From Eledone cirrhosa (lineage: Eukaryota): a stretch of DNA of 64,000 nt. The position numbers and the translations under genes were made by a program. The notes under the pieces are model-generated. The model did not search any database. It saw only the letters and a program-made list of their open reading frames with translations, and was not told the origin of the DNA. This document shows positions 43,198 to 55,815 of the stretch, in pieces. Every line of letters starts with the position of its first letter. Within the stretch, counting starts at the first letter, position 1. The stretch is from the NCBI GenBank assembly GCA_964016885.1, contig OZ024740.1:145886001-145950000 (forward strand), given 5' to 3'.

Positions 43198-43320
43198 AAA
43201 TACCTGCATGAATCAAGACATCGACATGCTATGAATCGAATACGAGGAGATGGTGGTCGTTTTTATTCAATTAAGAAAGATGGGCCTTCAGAGTTTAAAT
43301 TTTCACCAAAACATGAAGAG
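43198..43320 (+). CDS. NFYA: NF-YA coding exon 7 (DNA-binding helix A2)
   Basis: KYLHESRHRHAMNRIRGDGGRF; GTCAG| acceptor and |GTTAGT donor. Confidence 0.97.
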
Positions 43321-44303
43321 GTTAGTAGAATCTTATAATTATTCTAAAATAACTATTTCTTTTAGGGAAATTACTTGAGGTAGCACAGCTCTTATTTGAC
43401 TGATAAATTTAGAAGAAATCTATTCTTGTACATACTATATCATAAAGAATTAATATACACATAATTATTAGATTGCATGCTGAAAGATAGAAGCTGAATG
43501 ATCTTTTTAAATATTGTTAGTTTGAGAAAAGATTCATTAGTTTTTAAACTGTTATAGATTGTGGATGGTTGAACAGATTTAGGATAATGTTCAATTCAAA
43601 TTTTTGTAGGAGATATGCAATTTATGAATATTAATTTTGTATGTGGTAAAAGACATAAACAGTTAATCTTTTATTTCGTGGTTCTAGCAAAAATATATTT
43701 TAACAAGAATATGAAAGGAAACTTTATTCCATAGTGGTATATATTTTCCATTTTCACACCATGCATGTCAAAAATGGCAGATATTAAAGCTTTTTAGTAT
43801 TGTGTAATTTTCATATCTAGTTGTCATGCTGTTCCTTTCCTAATGTTGTAGAGATGGTGGGATTCATATAATTCACTAAACCTTGGATACATTTCACTTG
43901 CTATCAGAGATAGGTGTTATCCACTTATCTATTACCGAAGTGTAGGTTTTACATCACACTTCTCAGACATATCTGTGAAGTGCAATCTTGAAACCCACAT
44001 TTATATAGATTTTAGTCCTAAACAATTTTCCCTGTTTTATTGTTGATATATATCTATAATCAGCACCGCTATTTTCTCTCTTTTTCTCTACATATATATT
44101 TGATGAGATTAAAGCTTGTCTGCTGCTTTCAGCAGTTGGCTTTAAAAGTAAGATCCACTCCTAACTGTATTGTCTTGAATTTTTAAAGATTTGGATTAGC
44201 TGATATTGCAGTCATCTCCTTTGCTTGTGTGTAGATTTTAAAATTGCTGCAAGGATAATTACTTTACACATACCACACACATAATAGAATAAATATATAT
44301 ATA

Positions 44304-44349
<46 letters not shown>

Positions 44350-44668
44350 ATGGAATGGATCTCGGTTGCTTTTGACAACATGCTTGTAAAATTAACATGT
44401 AAGTGGCCAAGCATTCCACAGACACGTACCCATAACGTAATTCATAGGGAGAATCAGTATGACACGCCTAACTCTTTGAATTACTATTACAGTTTTTGTC
44501 TACCCAGTTTCACTTACAAGCATGGGTTGATCCGAAGCTATAGTAAGTAACGCTTGCCCAAAATGCCATGTAGTGAGTTAAAACCCAGAGCTTAATAATT
44601 ATGAAACAAACTTCTTAACCATTCAGTTTATATTTCAAATCATTACAAAAGAAGTCTTTCTTTTTTAG

Positions 44669-44776
44669 GATGACTCGCCAGTTTGTGGTATATTGGACAT
44701 AAGTGACACTCAACTTGCTTCTGTCAATTTCCTTTCTGCAAATGGAACTACACTCTCGGACACCAAATATAATTAA
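44669..44776 (+). CDS. NFYA: NF-YA terminal coding exon
   Basis: Polypyrimidine tract plus TAG acceptor; 35 codons then TAA; long AT-rich, repeat-poor 3' UTR follows; total CDS 1257 nt. Confidence 0.75.
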   Translation, partial: DDSPVCGILDISDTQLASVNFLSANGTTLSDTKYN

Positions 44777-46668
44777 AATATACATATATTTTTATATTTT
44801 TTTATTTGTTTTTCTCATCTAGGTAACTTTTTTTTTATTAAATACATTGACTGCTTAAGAATTACATATTTTTTAGTAAAGAACATCTTAACAGTCAAGA
44901 ATAAATGGCAGCTTTGATAATTTCTGTAATAATATAAAGACTTAAATATCTTAGTTAACTAGATTATGTAGTGTTTTAAAAGCTTTCAGATTCGTATCAT
45001 ATCTTGAAAAAAATTGGTATTTCTCAGATGGACTTACCAAAATATTTTAAAAAGGTAATATGATACATTGTAGACTGTAAAAATTTGAATGTGTTTATAA
45101 AGAGAATCTACAAATATATCATGTATAAAGTTAGATGTAAACTTTACCTACATTTTTTTTATATTTGTCCTATAGACGTTTTTCCTCTTCATCTTAGCTA
45201 TGTTGTCTTCATTCTTATCATCACCATTATCATCAATATTTATATATTTATTTATTAACACTTATTTAATTTCCTTCAGATATTTCATTTTTCTGTGTGA
45301 AATGCTTTATAAATATCAACTTCAGAAGAAATTGTCTTTATAGAATGAATATTGAGTGAATGTATGCCTCCTTGCCTTCTATCAAGAAAATTTTAAATTA
45401 AATAGAGAAATGCGACCTTTGTTTCTTTTCTTCCCATTTAATCTCTTAGAGTTTTATAGTAAGTTTGTAAAGATGATAAAGCTTCTTATTTTCAGTCTAA
45501 AGAAACTATAATTTGAGAAATCTTGCAATCTCAGTTTTATATCTATATCTTCATATGCTTATATGTCTATATAGCTATATATTTTGCTTTCCATGTCAAT
45601 AGAAGGTTTTTTCCTTACTACCTAATGTTTCATGGAAGAAAAATATTTATAGTATTGCCATTTAAAAGAATACATGGAATATTCCAGCAAATTAGTTATC
45701 TGGAACAAAAAGAGCTACTTTGAACCTACGGAAATAATATTAAATTGGTTTCCATAAGCGCCTTTTCATTTGAACTACACACATAATTTCTTCACACCTT
45801 TATATTTGTTTATATGTAAAATTATGTAATTTATATTTAATCATACTGTATTTGTGCTGTATTACATATTTCACAATTTATGTCATTATATATCTTCTAA
45901 GATGTTCTCTCTTTGAAATTATTTGATAAGGAAAAAATTATTAAACAAAAGAAATTTCTTTTGCACAGTATTTATTTATCATTTTCATCTTCATGACATA
46001 ATATTCCTTTTCATTTTGACACCAAAATTAAAATCAGTGTAATTAAATCACCACAGAAAAAGAAATAAATAAATAACAGACATTATTTATTTTTCTGTTA
46101 ACTTTATTTTACTGCTAATATTTTTTATCTGTTTTTATATCTTCAAATAAAAAAAAATGATACTAGATCATAGTCTTTTATAAAATGTCTTTTTTGTTAT
46201 TTCATTCTTACTCTTAACCCTTTAACTATATTTCTAATGAAATATACTGCAAATATGTTTCAATTAGTTTTTAAAAGAATTGTAAAAAAATTTTTTTAAC
46301 GAGCAAGACACTGTCACCTGATCTGACTTATCTCAAAACGGACAACTCGTCTAACCCATGCTAATGTGGGAAAATAGATGTTAAATGGCGATGATGATGA
46401 AGCTGACGTTTTGAAGTAATTGTAATAGAAAAAACAGCCAAACCTCAAAATTAGTCTTAGGACATTGAATAAAGGGTAGATGGTTATGATTAGAATGCCT
46501 TCTGACCAACATCTTCCATACTGTTATAATTTCCGAAGACCATTGCAGCAGCTGTGTAAGTTGTTAATGCTCAGTCTTTTTCTGTTATTTTAAATATGTT
46601 GTATGAAGAAGTCTACCTAGTAGACATACTAAAACCCAAATCCTGATGAAATCTGTTCAGAATTTAGT

Positions 46669-46835
46669 TTAACCTTTTAGCATTCACATTACTCTATATT
46701 TACTATTGTAAAAGCTTTACCTTACTTACCTCTCATAATATTGAATCTCAGTACCTTACCTTATCAGTATAAGCAGCCAGGTACAGAAAGAGGTGAGAGA
46801 ATTCTAGCCAGATATGGCCAGTTTAAATGCTAAAT
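46669..46835. mobile_element. TTAA-type (piggyBac-like) MITE; relatives sit in each tandem unit at 54844-57628
   Basis: TTAA-CCTTTTAGCATTCA...AATGCTAAA termini, shared with 51572-52939. Confidence 0.65.
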
Positions 46836-46905
46836 AAAAATGAAAAAAAAAAAAGCAAAACCAATACTTTTAAGATATTTATTACTCTGAAATCAAATTG
46901 GGTCC

Positions 46906-47034
46906 TCATGGAACAAGGAGACAAGCTCCACCAGCAGCCTTGATTTTTTGTTCAGCGAGTTTACTGAAGAACTTTGCTTTCACAATAACTGGGGCTTTAG
47001 GAATCTCTCCTTTTCCAAGAACTTTAAAATAACC
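46906..47034 (-). CDS. RPL27A: 60S ribosomal protein L27a (uL15) exon 5
   Basis: [42 protein letters not shown] then stop; TTGTAG acceptor. Confidence 0.97.
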   Translation of the reverse strand, partial: GYFKVLGKGEIPKAPVIVKAKFFSKLAEQKIKAAGGACLLVP

Positions 47035-47725
47035 CTACAAAGAAAACAAATTAAAAAAATCAAACTAAATATAAAACCAAACCAAAATATCAGGATACAT
47101 ACGGATAATGTATTAATGATAAGATTTACAGAGAGCACTAAGTATGCTGAACTAGCAAACTACTGTATGCAGTTTCAGTTGTTTTGGGTACTTTGGGAGC
47201 CAAAGGATGCACAAACAATATCTCTGGAGGTAATGCAAATGAGGTTAATTTAATAGAAAAAATATGAAATTGAGGTTCAAAACATTTAATCAGCTTTCAA
47301 TATCAATCTGTCAGAAACTGTCTACGGTTGTGATGAAAAGCTATTTTCAAGTATTCATATTCGAATTATAACTTAAAAGCTAAAATATTATTTCAATTAG
47401 ATTCTAAAATTTATATTGGGTTCATAAAGCTTTGGCTTAGTAGTATATTAAAATGAAGCTTAAAAATATGTATTTAAATCTATAAAAAAAATTTAAGGCA
47501 AAATTTGATATACAAAGAAAGCTATTTAAATTGCTTGAAATGTTCCTAACATTGTTTCAAGGTATTGTCTTCGATCTTGCTCATTAGTGAACACACAAGT
47601 AGAAATATATTACAAAAACGTAATGGGTCCTGTAGAAACAAAAAAAAACAGCTATATCGCATTAATTAATTTGTTTATACTAATATTGTAGATTAAATAA
47701 AAAATGTTCGCTCTACATGACTGAA

Positions 47726-47935
47726 TACAATAAATGTAATCTGCATTTTTCGAATATTAATAACATTCGATTCGTTTGCAATTATGCAAACAAGCCACAT
47801 TTTTACATGCCAACACAAGAGCAAGAATGAAGGGTTCATTCTACTGACATGGTTTTAAAAATGAGGCTTGTTTGCATAATTGCAAACGAATCAAATGTTA
47901 TTAATATTCGCAAAACTCAGATTACAAATATTGTA
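47726..47935. repeat. Inverted repeat (~80-bp arms) in RPL27A intron 4, MITE-like
   Basis: TACAATAAATGTAATCTG...CAAGCCACATTTTTA pairs with TAAAAATGAGGCTTG...CAGATTACAAATATTGTA. Confidence 0.9.
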
Positions 47936-48159
47936 GATTGGTTGACAACAAAAGGGTCACCATCACATGATCTTTAAAAGTAGGATACATTTGTACGAGG
48001 TTGAAATAGCAACTATAAATTTAACTTAAAGTTACTTTGGATATCCCCGACATTATTGTTGCATTACATGATATACAAGTTAAAAAGTAACTTGCATTAG
48101 TTAAAAAGTAATGCATGTAGAGCATATTTTGATTTTTTTAACATTAAGCCAGAACTTAC

Positions 48160-48337
48160 ATGTTTGACACAATCAATAACTGCTGCTCTTCTATCTGGTC
48201 GACGTTGCATATAGTTAGCTCTTATATTCTCTGGTACCAAATCCCACAGTGAATCTATGTTGATGATAGGGCAATAATAATGATGTTTTAATAAATGGTA
48301 ATGCCTCATTCCAACTTTACCAAAATATCCAGGATGG
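48160..48337 (-). CDS. RPL27A: RPL27A exon 4
   Basis: [14 protein letters not shown]...IDCVKH; TTTAG| acceptor and |GTAAGT donor; 178 nt. Confidence 0.97.
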
Positions 48338-48560
48338 CTAAAAAGAAAAAAGAAAAAAAAAAATCGAAAAAGTTTAAAGAAACTCACTCAACCTGAAGCA
48401 TCAAACTTTATGAAGCACATATAAATTGATAGAAATCAGAGTACTAGAAGAATCAGGCGTGTAAGAAAGAAGACTGCATAAGATAAACCCTCTTAATACA
48501 TAATACCACATGATAAATGGTAGTCTCTTGGTAGATTTGAATCAATTTAATTATCAGTTT

Positions 48561-48675
48561 TTATGTTGTGAACATAACAAAAGACCAATTTTGTAACTGA
48601 AGACGGATCACATTTTATATAGTCCAAGTTTGTACGATAAACATTATTTAATGTTTATCACATGGAACTGGACAG
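48561..48675 (-). ncRNA. H/ACA snoRNA-like copy 8 (deletion in the 3' hairpin; likely defective)
   Basis: Homologous to the other copies; H box ATATAA and ACA kept; lacks about 12 nt (GGACCGTTACAA on +). Confidence 0.6.
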
Positions 48676-49211
48676 AAGCAATCTACAAAATTATCAACAT
48701 AATTATTTGATAATGATAAAACTAATACAAATAGTATATTTTTTACTATTAACTCACATTCCTGCTTTTATAAATTATGCCCATCTAATCTATGCCAGCA
48801 TGAAAAGTGGGCATAAAAGGTCACAAAATAATTAAATGGTGTACATAGAAAAAACAATATTTTAAAAGATGCAGGCCGTTTTTTAAGAACAATTCAGCAA
48901 AGATATTTTAAACTTGAAGTCTATCAAAAATTATACTATTGGCACATAATGTTAAACATCATTCATGCTGAAAGGGCACCATTGATAGAACTGCCTCAAA
49001 TCTTGATAAAAAGAAAAGAAATCCTATCACAAACAAAATTATAAACAGCTAAATTACCCTAAGCCAATAAAGAATCCCTAACCGGCACTCTACCCATTAC
49101 AAATACCAGTCTCAATGTCCCACTATACCTATGCTATGTTCAATATAAATTAACAGTTCTTTAAATGTAAGATACAACATTGATTTGAATTAAAAATTTA
49201 ATTAATAGTTT

Positions 49212-49344
49212 TTATGTTGTGAACATAAGGACCGTTACAAGCCAAAAAACCAATCTTGAAACTGAAGACGGATCACCTTTTATATAGTCCAAGTTTGTAT
49301 GATAAACACAATAATATTTAATGGTATCACATGGATCTGGACAG
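49212..49344 (-). ncRNA. H/ACA snoRNA-like copy 7
   Basis: Hairpin, ATATAA, hairpin, ACA+3 nt. Confidence 0.78.
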
Positions 49345-50200
49345 AAAAATGCAAAACTCAATTTGGCAGTTAATTCTCAAAACACACATCTATGAAGTTT
49401 GTCACCATTGAAAAAAGGGTGCAGCAAAAACTATTTTGACTACTAAAAACGCAAAATTAAAGACAACCGAGATAAATGAACTATCTTTAGGTTATAAACC
49501 AATGTTCTAAATATTTAATACCATCACTGTAATTTAATAAAGGCATAAGAGCAAACCATTTTTTACGCACCAAACTAAAATTTCAACACTGAAGAAAAAG
49601 CCATTTTTACATGAAACATACCAGGCCAACTTGATTAACTCAACATCCAATAAAGAGTAATCTGGCTCAAATGTTCCATGAATGACAGCAGAAAGCAATA
49701 CATTGCTATAGAGTTGTTTTAATGTTTACTGTATTCCCATTTTACATGATGTAGAAGAAAAAGGTCCTATTTTAATCAGAAGCAAAAGACTAAAGTCTCA
49801 ATCAACCAAGTCTTTCTCAACAATCAATAACAAATTACATTATCAGCCATAAATCTTTTAACAGTCTAATGTAGAAAATGATATGCCAAGATGTGAGACA
49901 ATAGTGGTTAACAACACCAACAATATCAAAAATCATGGCCTCAGCAATAAAGTCAGTTATGAACAGCAGTTAAATATTTCTTAAATAAACACTACAATCT
50001 TGTTGAATATGCAAGGTATATAATATATTTCGTGAAAAGAACAAAAAAAAAAACTTCAATTTACATCATGTAGATGCATTATCAACCACATTGATTTGAA
50101 TTATTTAATTATTCATGTAACATTACTCCAAAGACTCTTCAGAGGAATCATATTTAGCCAGCATTGTCAGCTCTCACAGCAATAAGTGTGCAAAGAATTT

Positions 50201-50331
50201 AATTGTTGTGAACATTAGGACCGTTACAATATAAGACAAAATGTTGTAACTGAAGACAGATCACATTTTATGTAGTCCAAGTTAGTATGATAAACATTCT
50301 AATATTTAATGTCATCACATGGATTGGACAG
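50201..50331 (-). ncRNA. H/ACA snoRNA-like copy 6
   Basis: GTCCAA/TTGGAC stem, ACATAA H box, TGTGA/TCACA stem, ACA box. Confidence 0.8.
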
Positions 50332-50559
50332 AAACATGAACAATATTCTGTGAGAAGATGCAATTATTTCTAATTTGATAATTATGACTATGAAATAAAA
50401 CATGTGGTGATATGGAAACAAATAGATTACGCTAAACGTAAATAAACATAAATAAGTTGTAAATACGTGTATTATCCCAAAGTGAAAAACCAAGTTTTGC
50501 ATCAACATGGTGATTTCAAAGTTTATTTATTTACACATGGTGGTGGTGATACGGAAATA

Positions 50560-53330
50560 AACGAAGGTTGACGAATGACGTCACATTCTTCTACTTTCAC
50601 TTCTGACAGTCAATTCCGTTTTATCTTACAAAGCTAGTAATATTAAGACTGAACAAGTTTGAGTAACAAATACACTGAAACAAAAGGCCCTGATCAGAAA
50701 TAGCAAAACAATTGGGAATTATTTCTGTTTTTTTAAAAGATAATTTATTCCACTCGGAAGCAACCAGAAAATTGATTACAAGGGACAGAGGACAAACTGA
50801 ACCAATATCACGTTTCAGATGTCATTCAGAATCCAGCAAGTGGCCACCGTGACTGCAACAAACTAGTCTATGTTTGGCCATTTATCAAATCAGTGATTGA
50901 TGAAGGCATGCTGCTTTCATTGGGTGACTGTTACAAACAATATATTCCACGAAAGTCCACAAAGCATGGGATAAAAGTGTGAATGCAGGCTGATCGACAC
51001 AGCTATGTAAATGACTTCCAAGTCAAGGAAAGTCCCAAATCAAACAGAACAAGGTGTTGGAGAAAGTTGTAAAGAACCTCATGAGGGACATATGGGGAAA
51101 AATTACATGTATTGTGATAATTTGTTGTCAAATTCCTTTTAATGAACTTAGACAGATCCACGTTTGTCGCACAAAAAGAAAAAAATTTTGAAGAAACATT
51201 TTATTTTACGTCCGCTTTTCCCTGCTTGCAAGGGTGGGACAGGAACTGATTCTGGCTTGATTTCTACAGCTGGATGCCCTTCCTAATACCAACCTCATTT
51301 ACAGTGAGTGCTGGGTGCTTTTTTGCCGTGGAATGATAGGCACCTCTCATTTCTACAGCTGAGTGAACTGGAGCAATGTGAAATAAAGTGTCTTGCTCAA
51401 GGAAACAACACATCACCCGGTCTGAGAATTGAACTCACAAAGTAACACAATACAGAGGCAAAAAGAGGACCTGATGACAAAAGCCTGACCACAAACTCCA
51501 GTCCCAATGATCAGGGAACACATGAATGGAGTAGACCATGCACCCCAGTTGAGAGCCAGATAGTGCATTAACCCTTTAGCATTCACATTGAATTGTCAAA
51601 TGTCATGTTCATGTATTCGCATTATTTTCACTTAATTATACTCAAAAGGGTTATCAATTTTATTTGTTTGTAATTACTTTAATTTTCTATGTGCAGACTT
51701 GCAATTTTGTCAGTAGATGTTTAAACAACTATAATTTACAATTATATATTTTTACCTGATTTTTTTTGTTAAATTTGACTTTTATGGGCAGGTGAAATTA
51801 ATTAACAGGTGTAAAAGTAATAACTTTATGGATAAACACAAAAATTTAAACTTTATCTGCCTTATCTGTTAGATGTGTTGCAAAAAAATCCAATAATGAT
51901 CTAGATGCTGATTTCCATCAATTCTAGCAGTTTCCGAACAGGTGGATTAGTACAAGGTTTTAGTCTTTCTCTACATTCCAGGCAAATATTTTCATTGAAA
52001 AAAATGTATAAAACCTTTTCACCAGTCAAAATAATATTGGCAATGCACTCTGTAAATGTATGGTGTAAAATTACGTAACAGAAAGTTCCCAATATATAAG
52101 TCCATACACACTTTTAAATTTTTCTGACATTTCAATTAATGGTCGTGTACAGTGGGTCGTAATTTGATTCATTTCTACCAGCGGCATTTGAAGTATCAAC
52201 CAGGTGCAAATACTGGTTTAATTTGATGAATCTCGTTTTTGCCATAATACTAGATATATAAGGGTCACCAAACCTTATATCAGTACTCCAATAATTCCAG
52301 TCGTGGAAATTGTTTAATACCAAACATAATATTTATGGTAAAAAACGCTTTCATTTCGGCAGAATCTGTCGGACGCCTAACAGATCGGGTTTTCCGATTA
52401 GAAATTTGTCGTTGTGCATTGCGATTTGCCAAATTCAAAGAAAGTTTGTGGTAAAAAAAAATAATAATAATCCAGTGCTTTAGCATCAGGTGGTAATGTG
52501 CCAGTAAAATCCGAAACATGTATCGATGTTTCTTTCAACCACGTTGGTGTTTTTTCAATGGTGCCAGTCAAATCTCTTTCACTTTCAAAGTGACTATCAG
52601 ATATATCAGAAATAAATATATCTGATTCGTTTGAAGATAAATCACTGATATTATCTTGTTTCTTTTTGATCTCGAATGTCGTCGGACGTAAAACCTTCAA
52701 ATTCGTTGTCGCTACTTTCGGAAGCAATGTTACACTTTCAACATTAAAAACGCGTGTTTTCGCAAGTTCTTTAACTATACTAAGAGGTAATTTTCGTGCG
52801 TAAGGGCTTTATCTCGCATCTCGAATTGACGAGATTTCGATGATGTCAATGTTTTTATTTTTAGGAGATCTCTGTTATTAAATGTCGGTTTGAATAAATG
52901 AAAGGGGACATAATCTTGTCGGTTTGAATGCTAAAAGGGTTAAAAGGAAGTCAAACAAATGGTGGGAGTATTTCCTTTTTGTTGTTGATGTAGCTATGTG
53001 TTGTCATTTATGTTAATGAAAGAATCCCAAACCAAAACTCCTGTTAAAACAAGGAAAAAATGTAGTCGGTTGGGTTTCTGGCCCACCAACCTTTTGGAAC
53101 TATTCCTATAAAAGAAGTTACTCAGGTTCAATGTGTCACACACTGGTCTGTAAACTTTGGGGAAAAGAGAATTTGCAAAACAAAATATTAAGAGAACCAA
53201 AAACAGGCGGTGAGAACAATGCAAACTAAATCTCTGTATTAACTGTTTCAAGCCCCATCATCTGGAACATTTTCATTAAAATTATGTACTTGAAGCTTTA
53301 TGAAATGTTTGGCAATACCCTTTAAAAAAT
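50560..53330 (+). mobile_element. Old piggyBac transposase relic, split by a SINE-like repeat and a nested piggyBac; boundaries approximate
   Basis: VIDEGM, KQYIPRKSTKHGIKV and HMNGVD; QLRAR*CIKRKSNKWW is rejoined across the 51572-52939 insertion. Confidence 0.75.
51572..52939 (-). mobile_element. Internally deleted piggyBac element with TTAA TSD
   Basis: TTAA-CCCTTTAGCATTCA ... TGAATGCTAAAAGGG-TTAA; remnants YWSTDIRFG..IMAKTRFIKLNQYLHL..YDPLY. Confidence 0.9.
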
Positions 53331-53563
53331 TCCGTTTGGTATGGTCTTTGGCTTAGAGAGATAATGTCAAATACTAAGAGAAGTAATCATATACGACCAC
53401 AAAGGAAATTTTTTATATCAACATTAAATATATTCACATGGAATAAATAAAGTCATTTAGGGAATCCAGCCAAATTAATTAGGTTGCACATAAAGGCATG
53501 TTTGAAGGCTCTGCCCCAACATCTCAACCAGCAGTAAGTGTGCAAAGAATTTAATTACCTTTT

Positions 53564-53690
53564 TAATGTTGTGAACATTAGGACCGTTACAATACAAGAC
53601 AAAATCGTGTAACTGAAGACAGATCACATTTTATGTAGTCCAAGTTGGTATGATAAACATTCTATTTAATGTCATCACATGGATTGGACA
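53564..53690 (-). ncRNA. H/ACA snoRNA-like copy 5
   Basis: Same architecture; closest to copy 6. Confidence 0.8.
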
Positions 53691-53699
53691 TCAATTGCT

Positions 53700-54600
53700 A
53701 GAAATGTTCAAGATGATACGGTTTGAAACAGCTGATGCAGAGGTTCACTTTGCACTGTACACATCCTGTCTTTTGGTTCCCTTCTAATGTTCTGTCACCC
53801 ACCCAGCCTACAGGCCAGTGCATGGCGCCCTGCACTATGGGAACCTTTTTGTTTTATAGGAATAGTCAGATTAGTTGATGGGCCATTCTTACGTAAGCCA
53901 ATGAAATATATCATCTTTGGTTTTTTTTGACAGGAGCTTGTGATTTGGTAACTCATCAGTACAAACGATGAACATATAGCTACATCAACAATAAAATGAA
54001 ATAGCTATTTCCACCATTTGTTGGACTTCCTTCCAATGCAATAAATGGCCCTAAGTTGGTCTACCAGTCCATACCATTTATGTATTCAGTATCATTTTTT
54101 TTATTGATCTCAAACATGGCACATTGAGATATTCGCCAGACACTTGTTAAGTTATTCAGTTGCCACTAGGTTCCCCTTTTGTTTTTAAATCAAGTCACCT
54201 AGTTTTTTGTTTTCAATTTAGTCAAGTTGATAGCTTTTGGCATGCCTCTTCTATCCACTTATGTTCATTTGCATGCAAACGAAAATAACAAACCATCTGT
54301 AAACTTCCATTACAATAGATTTATGGGTATAGATCAGATGAATTACATGATTGGTAGACCAGGTGCTGATAAATAGTTTGGTATATAGTAACATTTGGTC
54401 AGTCTCAATTCGGAGTCATTAAATAATTGGATCATTGGGAAAGAAAACCGCAGCATGTGGCTCAATACTTTAAAAGTAAATAAGTACTGAGAGTGACACT
54501 TTCCTAGATACCAAACCATGAACAGGTTCAAAAGCAATGTACCAATCTGTAATGCTGAGTAATTGTTGCAACATGAAAAAAGGAAAAAGCTTGAGATCTT
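53700..54600 (-). mobile_element. Second old piggyBac relic in inverted orientation; boundaries approximate
   Basis: Minus strand DQLRAIYCIGRKSNKWW near 54010-54065, homologous to the plus-strand relic. Confidence 0.6.
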
Positions 54601-54996
54601 GGGATAAAGGCAAAAGATAGTGAGATTCTTCTCAATTCAGCCAATCTCCATAACACAGGAGAATCAATTGTTAAAGGAGACTAGACCAAGAATGCCAACA
54701 CCAGAAAATAAAAGCTCAGAGTGGACAATCTGTCAGCTTCTTTGCATCATGCAAGATCTCAATATATAGAGTTGGGATGATTTACAACTTTCCACAAAAG
54801 AAATATTGAATTAATGTATATATAATTTTATCTGGCTTAGAATATTCCTGATGTCATAAGAAGTTTCTCAAAAGTCCCATGTAACCCATTCCAGCATGGA
54901 AACGATTAGTTTATATATTTTTTTATTTTGTGACCCTAAGACGTTATTAACTCTCTTAACCAGTATATATATGAATTATTTATATATTACGCTTTT

Positions 54997-55124
54997 TCAT
55001 GTTGTGAGCATAAGGACCGTTACAAAACAAAAGACCAATCTTGTAACTGAAGACGGATCACATTTTATGTAGTCCAAGTTTGTATGATAAACAATATTTA
55101 ATGTTATCACATGGATCTGGACAG
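54997..55124 (-). ncRNA. H/ACA snoRNA-like copy 4 (tandem unit A)
   Basis: GTCCAG..TTGGAC, ACATAA, TGTGA..TCACA, ACA-TGA; internal pockets in both hairpins. Confidence 0.82.
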
Positions 55125-55687
55125 AAACAATGAAACTGTTTGGTAGTTCTAAAAATTCAGCACATATCAATGATTATAAATGATACTGCAATGTATTTTT
55201 CGAATGGGCCCTCTATCTGAGACCTAAACGCAAAGGAGGGTTTGTTATGATTGTTTTTATTCAATCTGACCATACTTCAGTTGTTGATAGCCTTATTTGC
55301 ATCTCTCCCCGAATTGGTCATTCTCTCAGGCCCACAAAGACTAGACTTTATTAACCCTTTAGTATTTACATTACTCTATATTTACTGTTGTATTTTTGTG
55401 GTAAAGGCTTTATCTTACATAGTAGTGAATGAACGAAATTTTAATATTTATTTTGAAGAACAATGCCTTAACATCAGTATGAGCAGCCGGTTATGACCTG
55501 TTTGAACAGAAAGAGGTGAGAGATTCCTGATGTCATAAGAAGTTTCTCAAAAGTCCCATTGTAACCCATTCCAGCATGGAAACGATCTTTTCAAATTTAC
55601 TTAGTTTATATATTTTTTTATTTTGTGACCCTAAGACGTTTCTCTCTTAACCAGTATATATATTAATTATTTATATATTACGCTTTT

Positions 55688-55815
55688 TCATGTTGTGAAC
55701 ATAAGGACCGTTACAAAACAAAAGACCAATCTTGTAACTGAAGACGGATCACATTTTATGTAGTCCAAGTTTGTATGATAAACAATATTTAATGTTATCA
55801 CATGGATCTGGACAG
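55688..55815 (-). ncRNA. H/ACA snoRNA-like copy 3 (tandem unit B)
   Basis: Same architecture as copy 4. Confidence 0.82.
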
